From NCBI RefSeq assembly GCF_000315625.1, contig NW_005434672.1, positions 1,239,205-1,303,204 on the forward strand: a DNA stretch of 64,000 nt, written 5' to 3'. Below, one piece after another: positions 48,560 to 60,400 of this stretch (its first letter is position 1; each line of letters begins with the position of its first letter). This DNA is from Guillardia theta CCMP2712 (Eukaryota; Protista; Cryptophyta). The translations under genes and the position numbers were made by a program. The notes below the pieces were generated by a model. That model was not told the DNA's origin. It did not search any database and was given only the letters and a program-made list of their open reading frames with translations.

Positions 48560-50290
48560 CTCTCTCCATTCTTCGAATACGACCAGTTGTCTCTGAAGAC
48601 TCCAGAGAGTTCAAGATGCTCGCCTCCAAGATCGACAAGGAGATCTTCAGAGAGCAAAGCATGAAGAAGGTCCGTATCCCAGGGACGAACCAGAGACGGA
48701 TGAAGAGGATGATGACACCGAGAACGAAGACACTGAGATTGACAGTGAGAACGAGGAGGATAACGAGGAGGGAAACGAGGAGGATAACGAGGAGGACGTC
48801 GAGGAGGATAACGAGGAGGATGTCGAGGAGAAAGAAGAGAAAGAAGAGAAAGAAGAAGAGTTTAATGAAATATTATAGCCTACAAGATTACTTGGAGATA
48901 GCATCATCAAAGCTGCCCTCACAGCAGTCCTCGAAGTGGAGCTCGGACTCATGCACGGAATTATGGCCAAGCTGGGATATGGGTAGAGTGTCAATAAACC
49001 TGTTCTTCATAATGAGGTCATTCTCTTGCCTCCTCATCCACACGGTCACAAGGTATCCAAAGGCAAACTTCAAGAGGAGAGCAAAGACGCTAATGAACAC
49101 GAGTGCCACAGAGACGACGACGTACTGTAACATGATTTCAATGGAGAAGGCGCGCGGAGGTCATTGAAATATCACTCTTCGGCGCGTTGTTGCACATCAT
49201 CTTCGCCCAGCAGTCCAGCTTGGCAAGGCTGTGGATGATGACGAACAGGCTGTAGACGACGAGATTGCAGCAGACCACTCCAAAGTAGAGGATGTAGGGA
49301 GAGGGAAAGGGAGAGGGAGAGGAGACAGAGGGTGAGGGAGAGGGAGCCTCCGGGGCCCGGGGGGGGGGGGAGCAGTTACCATGCGGTAGTGTCCGTGCTT
49401 GCGGTTGGCGTTCTTCTTGCTGGCGAACCACCTGAGGTCGGAGGGGGAGGGGGAGAGCGACAGGAGAGGAAGACGAGCGATCATGCCTGTACCTTTACAC
49501 GAACAAGATCATGGCACTGCAGATGACCACGGTAGCGCCGATGATGGCCTTGAAGGACATAGCGTCATGGCAGGAAGAAGGAGGAGGCAGTAGGAGGACT
49601 CGGAGAGATCAGGAGGTGCAAGGAGGAGGGGCAGAGGAGAATTAGAAGGAAAAGAAGTAAGGTTGCAGGTGCAGCAGGAGTGGGAAAGGAGGAGAAGTCC
49701 TTCTAAACAAGGTTGGGTTTGATGAGATCCTATCTCTCTCCATCTTTGCCATCCTCACCGCCACAGTGCAGTTCACCCTCTCCTTTTGGCTCATGTATGA
49801 CTGGCCTGGCATCACCAACTGGTTTGTCTTCAACAAGTGCGAGAGCATCAGCTACATTAGCGAGAACATTGAGCTCAACAAAGGGACTGCGAGCATCATG
49901 GTGATCTCCAATGATTGTACCGAGCTGGGTCATACTCGGCATCATGTCGAGCTACGAGGCTCCATTCACTCTGGATGGAGAGACTAAGAGGGTGTTTACA
50001 GCTCAATGGTATCACCAAGGAGCAGGACAGGCAGCATGACATGCATCTCTTTAGTGCATTCATGCTCAGTCTCACCTATGTGGTTGTGCATCTCTTGCTA
50101 TCCTTCAAGTTCATGGCGGAGCTGAATAGGATTGGATCTTACCTCCTCACCCCCACCTTACTGGATGCATGCATGGATGGTTTCGGTTCGTGATGATCTA
50201 TGCTTTCTTTGATGTCGGCGTCTTCCTACTCTACTGCATCGTCTTTGTGGCGGTTGATTGCTCGGATATCAAGGTCTATCTTGAGTCTCG
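48560..50290. pseudogene. Patchwork of broken membrane-protein and acidic-repeat coding fragments on both strands
   Basis: Short hydrophobic ORFs (48888-49133 -, 49138-49431 -, 49766-50193 +) interrupted by frameshifts or stops; GAGGATAACGAGGAG repeats. Confidence 0.35.
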
Positions 50291-50293
50291 CTC

Positions 50294-50655
50294 TCCCTCT
50301 GCCTCTCCCTCTGCCCGGAGTCTGCCTCTGCCTCTGCTTCTGCCTCTGCCTCTGCCTCTGCCTCTGCCTCTGCCTCTGCCTCTGCCTCACCCTCACCCTC
50401 ACCCTCACCCTCCCTCTCCCTCTCCCTCTGCCTCTGCCTCACCCTCTGCCTCTGCCTCTGCCTCCCTCTCCTTCCCTCACCCTCTCCCTCACCCTCTGCC
50501 TCTGCCTCTGCCTCTGCCTCTGCCTCTGCCTCTGCCTCTCCCTCCTTCTGCCTCTGCCTCTGCCTCTGCCTCTGCCTCTGCCTCTGCCTCTGTCTCCCCT
50601 CTGCCTCTGCCTCTGCCTCTGCCTCTGCCTCTTCCTCTGCCTCTCCCTCCCTCTC
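50294..50655. repeat. (CCTCTG)n/(CCCTCA)n compound hexanucleotide microsatellite
   Basis: Seen directly. Confidence 0.95.
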
Positions 50656-51157
50656 CCTCGTTTTCCTTCTCACATGCTGCAGGTTGGCTTTGGCCTTGCT
50701 GGGTCTGCGCCGCCCTCTGACGAGATCTGAAATCTCCTGTACATTCCTTGTATAAAGTTGTCGCACTTCCCCTCCTCTTCCCTCATCCTCACTCTACCGT
50801 AACCGTCACACGGTGAAACTCGCAGTGACTATCAAGGGCGTGGCGCCCTGCTTCTGCAAGCACGTCCCGTTGACCCTCGGTCCCCGCACGCAGAGGTTTT
50901 TGCTCGCTGTTTTAGTCTTGTAAGCAATGCGATCACGAAGAGGAAGAAGAAAGAGCATCCAGCATCTACGGACAGAGTTCGTTCTGCGAAGGGGCGATTA
51001 GAAGGAGTCGAGACGTCGATACTGTTCCAAGGCCGTCATGATCCTCAGGATCCCGCGATCAGGGAGCAGTCAACGAGCTCTATGGTGGCTGACGAAATTG
51101 TTCATCGGCTTCAGAGCGAACACCGCAATTACATGATCTTACTCCGTGACGAAGGAA

Positions 51158-51303
51158 GTTTCTGTTGCTTGGATGCTTTTCAGAACAGTTTTATTTCATT
51201 TTAAACAAAATTCTTTTCCATCTGAGCTTACTCACGCTACTACTATTGAGATTATTTGGACTATTACTCCAAATTTGATTTTGATGCTTATTGCTGTTCC
51301 GTC
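51158..51303 (+). pseudogene. cox2: Nuclear mitochondrial insertion (numt): cox2 fragment
   Basis: AT-rich island in GC-rich DNA translating VAWMLFRTVLFHF...THATTIEIIWTITPNLILMLIAVPS, which matches the Cox2 second transmembrane helix region. Confidence 0.85.
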
Positions 51304-51862
51304 GGATGTCAAGTACATCTTTTCGCAAGTCCCCGTGACCGTGAAAGGGCAGTACGTCGCCCCCGCGGAAAGGAAGCGCATTGCCGTGCACGTCAAGGTC
51401 CCGGAAGGAACGGTGCCGGAGCGGGGTCCTGGCTGCGGCCAGCTCCCGCTGAGGACCTGCCGCAACGAACCCTACTGCCCCGCGTTAGGTGAGGCGGTAG
51501 AGGTGGGAGAGGAGGTGGAGGAGGCGACTGCGCGCTACCGAAGCTGGAGATTGTGGCTGCGTTGAGGGGTGCCAAAGCCAGCGCCAAGCCCGATCCCCGG
51601 AGTCGGAAACGGTTGGGGACCCTGGCTTTCATCGTTTGCGTGCTCGCCTGTTTCGGCAGTATCGCCGCCTCGCATAGTGTTTTGTTGCGGCGGATTTGTG
51701 AAATCTTTAGTTAAAGCCGGCGTTTGAAAAACTGCTCTCTTGGTAGGATATCTTGGTGAGCGGGAAAAAAGAAAAACCGACCCACCCTTCAGGGCTTGCG
51801 AGACTCCGGCGGAGGGAAATACAGGGGTCATCAGACAGGCCCCTCCGACAAAGCAAACTGCG

Positions 51863-52389
51863 GCGACTCTGGTAGACTAGCCATGTCCATGATGCTCCTC
51901 CGCCTCCTCCTCTTGCTCGCGCTCAGTCTCGAGGGCTGCATGGCGAACCGAGCCCAGCTCGGCAGAAGTAGCGTAGCCAATTTTGCAAACATTCGTCATA
52001 TAGCGTCAAGAAACTTCTTTGAAGCTGGCATCTTCTCGAGATGCTATGAAATAGGATGTGTACGCCGTGAGAGTCTCAAGTTTGATGACAGCATCGGGAA
52101 GAATCTTGAGAGTAGCGGGACAGCTTCACAGAGTTTCCGCCAGCATTGCAACAAAGCCTGGCAATCAGTAATCCCGAAGGCTGAGAACATGCCGCCGAGC
52201 TTCGAATACAGCTCCCTTCCAGAGACCTCAGGAACTGCTCCAGGGAAAGGCTACAATTTTCAATGCGACATGTGTTTATCTTTCAATCAAGACGTATATC
52301 TCTGCACGTTATTCAAAGACATTGTAGACGATCCAGGGAGAAACGTGAGATCAGTCACTCCGGGAGGATCTGCCCCTTTCACAAGCGTT
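51863..52389 (+). pseudogene. Inverted, 3'-truncated duplicate of the 46783-47790 gene, ending in telomeric repeat
   Basis: 51863-52389 is the colinear reverse complement of 47284-47810 (ATG 51883 corresponds to 47790); the translations differ at three residues. Confidence 0.95.
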
Positions 52390-52460
52390 AGGGTTTAGGG
52401 TTTAGGGTTTAGGGTTTAGGGTTTAGGGTTTAGGGTTTAGGGTTTAGGGTTTAGGGTTTA
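52388..52460 (+). repeat. Telomeric tract, (TTTAGGG)9 plus partial units
   Basis: Perfect repeats seen directly. Confidence 0.98.
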
Positions 52461-55400
52461 ACCTTCTTCGCAGTCAACGGCTGCACGACGAATGGAACCT
52501 GCGCAAAGGCGGAGTGTCAAACACGAGGACGATTGATCCCGCTATATGACAAAGGTCAGAAGAACGAAGAAACGACGATCCTCTTCTTCTGCAAACAGTG
52601 TCAATCATTCACCTCCGTCCAACCACCGGAATTCAACTCTCCCGCGAACATTGATCAACACCCGACCAGGGAAATAGAAATTGCTTTTCCCCTGGAGCCA
52701 GGAGAAATTCAGATTTGGATTCAAAAAGTATCAAATCGCAAGGCAGCAGGCATGGATTTGATCTCAAACGAGATCCTGAAAGCTTTACCTGACAGCGCAA
52801 AGGAGGAGATAGGAAAAGTGATCAGTAGAGCGTTGACAGGAGACAAAACGTTGTTGAACATGCTAGCACGAGTCAGACTCCTTCCAAAAAACGAGCTCTG
52901 TCATGTTCTGGAAAATATGCGTCCTATATGTATCCTCTCGTCGGTGACGCGAATCTTCCAAGCGGTGATAGCACACAGACTGGCAAAAGCAGCTGAGAGG
53001 CACAAGCTGTTAACAGATAACCAAGAGGGTTTCCGACCCGAGGGCGGGACGATCCGTCAAGGTCATAGACTACTTAACATCATCGAGGAGGCCCAGAGCA
53101 GTCAAAACAACATTATACTGTTATACCTCGACTTTGCCAACTTCTTCAATAACGTCGCGGTTGAATCCATCGCAAAAATCATGGAGGTATATGGATTCCA
53201 CCAGCGCGATGTCGACGTCGCAGTCAGCTGCAGTCAAGGCATAGCTCTGCAAATCCAGACTGAGAGGTTTGATACAGCAGCAATCCCGCTCCTCCGGGGA
53301 TGATTAGTACCAGAAGGACAGAATCAAGAATTAACTAAAGCTATAAGCGAACGTAATGCAACTTGATCAACAACAACAAGACGAGAAAGCAACTCAACAC
53401 CCTAATAATCTGTCATTTGCAGACGACCTTGACATTCAGTGAGAGAGATGAAAACGCTTGTTCAAGTGGTAGAACGATTCTGTCGATGGAGTGGATTAGA
53501 ACTGAACACGAAGAAATCTGAAATCACCAGCTTTGATTATCGGCTAAAGAGGGAGATCCAAGGAACACAAAACATCAAGTTCTTTGACAAGGAGTTTGTG
53601 AACCTACCACCGACAAAATGGTTCAAATATCTAGGGATCCGGATCAGCTTGTGGAGACCAGGAGGAAGAGGCAACAAGGCGCACACCTGCCCCTTCACGT
53701 GGGGAGAGAAAGAACACATCTTGGAGAAGACAAAAGAACTGACAAAGCTGATTGAATCATCTGCTTACTCTGCAGCCCAAAAATATTACCTGGTGAAGGT
53801 AGGCATCGTCAATATCTTTAGATACTCGGCGGTACTGGTGAGCTGGTCTTGGTCAGACTTACAAACCTTAGATACCCTCTGGACCAGAGCATTCAAAAGA
53901 GCTATGGGATTGAGCAAGAGTACAAGCAACGCTATCTTTCACCTACCTTGGGACAGAGGAGGCCTCCAACTCCCCCATCCAGCACCCATCTTGGGAAGGG
54001 CGGCGATTCGGTATCTAGAGAAAGAAACGAATAAGAAATGCAGGGTGGATGATGATATCAAAAGCAGTCTGATCCACAAACTAACATCATGGTGCAACCA
54101 ATGGGGGTGTCAAACAATAAACCAGCTACAACGAGAAATCAGATCGGGCAGACTCAAAGAGAACGAAGAGATAAGAGGACCGGAAAGACTCGCAATCTGG
54201 ATAGCGGAAAAAATGCAGACCACCATCAGTTGGGAAATGATTGAAAGCAAGATGAAACCGGGGACAACAGCCATCTTACACGACCTGGAGGACAAGATGC
54301 TCTCAGAAGAAAACTCCCTGCCGTCCGGAGAAAACTCCCTACCTACATCTCCTGCTCGGCAAGGCTGGGAGAGTTTTGCAAAGGCATGGAGACTACTGCC
54401 CCAAGTAGGCTTCCACTCCATGACAAGTATTTTACCCGTCCCAGATACCGAGGGCATCTCCCTGCACCTGCCCATGCGACTCTGGCCATTCCCAAAGCAA
54501 AGGGAACAGGCAGAAGAAATCCTCGCACAATATCTACAAGCGAATGTCATCTGGGCAAAACTCGGACTTGAGCAGGCAGGAACAGGGAAGAGAAGAAGGC
54601 CAGCCAGGGAGGAGGGGAAGCCCCCAAACAAGAGAAGGAAAGGAAAAAGGGAGGCTAGCCCACATGAACTTCAGCCACACAAGAAACTAGCCAGACCGGA
54701 CCAAGGGAGAGAGGAAACGAATACGAAGGCTTGCACCCGGGTAATTTTGAGGCGGTGGCTCCAACATGACCCCACCTGTTATGATGAAGGAGGGAATCAG
54801 CAAGAAAGATTCTATTACACTACAAGCAACATACCTTTCAAAGTTCAAGGGAACATAGCCATCTTTGAGCGATCTCACATTGAAGAAAGCAAGACCGTGG
54901 ATCCACCAATAGAATGGTTGGAAGCGTCGCTGGACTCGGCTCCCTTCGCATCTGCAACAAGGGAAGAGGACGGTAATAACCGAAGAGACTGCAATCAAAG
55001 CATCCATCTGCTGCTGGAAATAGTTAATGCATTGGACGACGGCGAAACAGAAGCTACAGCATGGTGGCAAAAACTCGAGGAGGTAGTATCAGAGGTTCGA
55101 CAACAAACAACACAACCATTGGCATACGAGTTTTTACAACACCTAGCAGAGATCACAGATTGTGACATCAGTACATTTCGTAACTGGCCGACACTACACA
55201 CACATCCCCAGGCTCTGAGCAACAAGAGAGCAAGGGAACTGCAACGAGTGGTGGTTTGGATGGACAAACAAAAGAGATTACGTGAACAAATCCTGGATAC
55301 AATACATGTCATTCTGATAGGATGGAAGAATAACATTGATGAGATACCTGAAGGTTTTGAAATTATCAGCCGGATCCCGAAAGGCGCTCAAATAGCTTAT

Positions 55401-57364
55401 GCAGCAAACTTCTGGAGGACAGGGAATAGGTGCTTGACAAAAACTGTAGAAGAGTTATGGATACTAGTTGGGCACAAACTCCCAACATACTTACGAGACC
55501 AGCTTCAGGACAACATCCTCCCAACGTATGAGGAGCTGTGTAACAGACGAAGGGATCAGATCCAGCCGCGCAGCAATCATCAAGGCGGAAGGCATTTCAC
55601 AGCAGCTATTGAAGGAGACATCATGCAGGGCAGAAAAAACAGATCCATGCGAATAGGATATGTTCTCCAACAACAAGAGATGACGTCAGGAGGAGGGATG
55701 AAAATCAATGGGAAGTGCAGCATCATTCGAGCGAACACAATCGCAATTGGCTTACTTCTGCAACATGTCCTTGAGGAAGGAATACAGATCAAAAGGGGAA
55801 ATCAAGTCACAATAATGTACCAGTCCACACGTTTCCACCGCTTTATGACAAATACGTTGCGAATGGATACCATGCGATACGAAGACGAACTGCTGGAGGA
55901 CTTACATGATCGGTTACTCACTTGCATGAAGAAACTCGAAGGGAGGGGAATCAGGATCCGACTCCAACTAGCAAAAGAATCTCAGAGACACATTCAAGAG
56001 GCAAAGGAAATGGCCAAGCAAGGAAAACAAGCATTCGCCTCGGGATGGGAGAAAGCAATCTACGATAGCCCAATGGAATTCATCATTGCAGGAGAAGAAA
56101 ATCCTACATCAGGATTCGATCGCTTGAAGAAATGGGACTACATTATCAGACAACAGACAATGGTGGCAAGGATTCGAGCGGGAGACCTCACCTTGACAGA
56201 GAAATTCATGCTCGAAATGCATGTGGGAAGAGATTTACTAGGGAGAGCGTTCAGATTATGCGAAGGGTCAGTTACGCGAACAGCTATCCAAGCGATCACC
56301 TTCTCAGCACCGACGAGGAAGAAGCTCTTTCAATGGGGGAAAACTAACTCACCATGTTGTCCTCACTGTCCAGACCGAGAAGAAACCTGGGGACATGTTC
56401 AGCTTGCGTGTAGGCAATTCCAAGATATGATCCAAAAAGCACACAACGAAGTCATGAAGAAGATCAAGGTAAGACTGCAGCAGAGCTGGAGGAAACAAAG
56501 GGTACAGGTCAATTCATGGTGGGACACTCCAATACGCATCGTGATGGAAGCGATGGGGACTTCAATGCACCGAGAAGGGCAATGGATACCAGACGGTTGC
56601 TGCTACTTTGCAAGCATCAAACGCATTGTCCTCATCGAATTTGCAAGGACATCGGAATATGACGGAGTCGAACAAACAAGTCTGGAATGCCTGAAGAAGA
56701 AATTTCAGGAAAAGGAAGAGAAATATGCCCCCCTACGAGCAGAAATCACAGCTTTGCTACCTGACCATGAAGTGGAACAAGCAACATTCATAGCAGGAGT
56801 GAAAGGATCGATCATGGAGAGGGAATGGCATGAGAATTTCAGGAGGCTAAGGGTGGATGACACGGAATGGGAAGGCATCAAGACAGCAGCAATCAAGCAA
56901 CTGCTGGCGGTACAACATACGCTATGGACGGCAAGAAGGGTAAGAGAGTCGATGTAGTCCGATGGGGGCAGGCGCGGCTCATGGACAAGCCACCCATGGC
57001 GCATGGTCATGGGCTGCATGAAGGGAAGAAGAGAAGGGCTAGCCAGCAGGAGAAGATACAGCCATGCCACAGTGGGCGACTGCATGCTGGGGGGGGAAGG
57101 GGCAGGAAGATGCAATGGAACTTAGCGAAAATAAGGAAGGGGACCGGGATCGGAATTGGAACGGGCCCGGAGGACATCGTTACTGAAAACAAGTAATACG
57201 GAAGCAACCAGGCCTAAGGGGCCTATAGGAAAATGGGCCAACCTCCCAAGGTTGGGAACCCCTTTAGACGGATCATTTCCCCCCCACCAGACATGCACGC
57301 AGAGACAAACTCGAAGCACGACAAGGAGACTAGGGGGGAGGAGGAGCCATCAGCCCCAACTAAT
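52460..57364 (+). mobile_element. Non-LTR retrotransposon copy 1: 5'-truncated, RT disrupted, complete 3' UTR with no poly(A)
   Basis: Colinear with copy 2 from about 59268 onward; ORF split into 52533-53303 and 53439-56957; CCHC and RLE motifs retained; 3' UTR 56958-57364 runs straight into AGGGTTTAGGG. Confidence 0.95.
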
Positions 57365-57409
57365 AGGGTTTAGGGTTTAGGGTTTAGGGTTTAGGGTTTA
57401 GGGTTTAGG
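57364..57409 (+). repeat. Telomeric tract, (TTTAGGG)5 plus partial units, between the two retroelements
   Basis: Perfect repeats seen directly. Confidence 0.98.
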
Positions 57410-57420
57410 CGTTGACAGAG

Positions 57421-60400
57421 ATGCAAGAGAGCAACGCACACGAGGCTACCACCGATAGGTCAGTGCACTCAGCATGGGTGGAAACCCACAAGAAGGACAA
57501 CGCGCCAGGCAACATCATCTCTCAAAATGTCAATGGATGCAGTCAATTCGTGCTGAAACACATCCTGGCATATTTGATTGAGAAGTATCATCCATCTATT
57601 GTCATGTTGCAGGAAGTCAGGGTGGGGCGTGGTAAGAAAAAGGAAACAGATCTCCGAATGATGATCAAGAAAGAATGGGGATGTTACCGAATGTTTATGA
57701 CCAAGGGTACAGGGTTTGGGAGAAAGGGTAAGAGTGATCTACGCCTTGTGATACTGGCGCATGCTGACCTTCTCCCGCGCCCCCCCTCCTCGCCAAATGG
57801 TACAGCATTGGAGGGGGCACACAGACAAAAAATACAAGTTTTACAGATCTCACGAAAAAAAGAAAACATACTTTTGTGTAACATTCATATGCCAGTGGCG
57901 ACGGAGGAGGGGGAACAAGACAGCATGTGGAAGGCGCTAAGCCAGATGCTCAAGCCAGACCCAAACATCAAGCTCATCATCATCGGAGGCGACTTCAATG
58001 CATCTCGACAACATCCAGAGATCCCCATGAGAATAGGATACGGAAGCAATTCGAGTGTACACCGTGCAGATGAGAAAATGGAGCAAGTCTTAAATGAGCT
58101 TGGGCGAGTCCAGACAGTCACCTGCGAGAAGATGTGCAGAAGCAGCACACACTTCACCTTCTCCACATGGTACAAGCAGGGTCACCACCAAGCGAAACTG
58201 GATCATATCTTTGCTTTCCATCATCCATCTCGCACAGTAAGCCTGATATCGCAGACCGCAGAAGACTGCATCATAGGAGCTGCCGTCGACCACAGAGCAC
58301 TCGTAGTGAATGTGAGCTCGCTCGATGCTGAGGGGGAGCAAGCCATCCCAAAGATTGAAATTCTCCCGCAAAGGAGAGATCGAGAAGCAATTCCTCGACG
58401 AAAGAAAAGGGTGGTCGAGATGGACAAGTTATCAGGAAGATTAGGTGTAGAATGGGCAATAGCACTGGATGAGAAGATAACAGCGGCAAAAGCCCTACAC
58501 CAAGACTTGGACATTCTCGAACTGATAACAACAGCCCTCCCCACCAAGGAAATCCCCCTACGAGGCTCAGGCGGTAAACGACATGCATCTAAGATTCAGA
58601 TGGATCTGAAACGCAAAATCAAGCAACTTCAAAGGGATCTGAGAAGCGCATCAGAAATTCCCGACTTTATTGATCGGGCACACAAGGAGTCAAGCTTACA
58701 CGCAGAAATAAGAGAGAAGATGACCAAATTCAAAGAGATCTGCGCAGCACAGGACCAAGAGATATTTCTGAAAACTTGCGACGAACGAAGAAGACGCTTG
58801 GGGACGATAGGGAGTAAAGAGTCTCAAAATGCAATGGGCAAGAAGTCAGACTTTAAGCCCAAAGCCCCAATGCTGAGTCAACTGTCAGAGAAGTGCCACC
58901 CAAATACAATCGAACTTACGTCATGGAGGGATCTCCAGCCAGCGCTGCAACAGCCGGAGACAGCATATCTTCAAGAACTGAACCCGTTAATCGAAACATT
59001 CTTACAAAGCAGCTCCAAAGAATCAAGCAAAACCTTTTGGAATGCAAGACATCAAACCATGCTACACGTCGAGACTCTCGGGGCGAGAAACCAGGCACCA
59101 CAAAAGATGTACATAACTCTGGCGCCTGCACACGCAATCGTACCCATCATCCGAGGACTGATCACCCGGGGGCAGCCAGGAGGGTGGCGCTTAGTAGGAT
59201 ACAAAAACATCGAGCAATTCATCCCCATGAGATTGGCAAGAGACCTCGAAGATGAAACCCACACGGCAACCTTCTTTGCAGTGAACGGCTGTACATTGAA
59301 CGGAACATGCGCACGGGCTGAATGTCAAACAAAGGGAAGAATGATTCCGCTGTACGACAGACGTCAGGAAAACAAAGAACCAAAGATCCTCTTCTTCTGC
59401 AAAAGCTGTCAATTATTCACTTCCATCAAACCACCGGACTTCGACCCCCCAGATCAAATCAATCAATATCAGACCAGGGAGATAGAAATAGCATACCCGC
59501 TGGAGCCAGGAGAGATTCAGGTCTGGATCCAAAGATTATCCAACCGCAAGGCAGCAGGCATGGATTTGATCTCAAATGAGATCCTGAAAGCTCTACCTGA
59601 TAGCGCAAAGGAGGAGATAGGGGAAGTAATCAGCAAAGCTTTGACAGGAGACAAAAAGATGTTGAATATGCTGGCAAGGGTCAGGCTCTTACCAAAAAAT
59701 GAGCTCTGTCACGTCCTGGAGAACCAACGACCTATATGCGTCCTCTCCTCGGTGACGCGGATCTTCCAGGCGGTCATAGCGCACAGACTCGCGAAAGCAG
59801 CTGAAAAACATAAGCTGCTGACGAACAACCAGGAAGGTTTCAGACCAGAGGGAGGGACGATCCGGCAGGGCCATCGTCTACTCAACATCATCGAGGAGGC
59901 TCAGAGCAATCAACACACCCTCATCCTGTTATACCTTGACTTTGCAAACTTTTTTAACAACGTGGCAGTCGAATCCATCGCAAAAATCATGGAAGTATAT
60001 GGCTTCCATCAGCGTGATGTAGACGTGGTAATCAGCGGCAGCAAAGGGATAGCACTGCAGATTCAAACAGAGAGGTTCGAAACGGCAGCCATCCCGCTTC
60101 TCAGGGGATTACCTCAAGGCAGTCCTGCAAGTCCTCCCAAAACAAATCTACTGCTCAGCATCCTGTCCAGACAACTCGATCAACAACAAACTCAGCATCC
60201 CAACAACCTGTCATTCGCAGATGACCTTGTACTGATAGCCAACTCAGTGAGGGAAATGAAAACACTAGTTCAAGTGGTAGAGCGATTTTGTAGATGGAGT
60301 GGATTAGAACTGAACACGAAGAAATCTGAAATCACCAGCTTTGATTATCGGCTCAAGAGGGAGATCCCGGGGACGCAAAACATCAAGTTCTTCGACAAGG

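Noticed and set aside
50169-50766. ORFs of 165-183 aa with LPLPLP, CLCLCL or AEAEAE runs
   Set aside because: These are translations of a hexanucleotide microsatellite.
52388-57409. Telomeric tracts as target-site duplications or LTRs
   Set aside because: A TSD cannot be defined within a simple repeat, the tracts differ in length, and no LTR structure is present.
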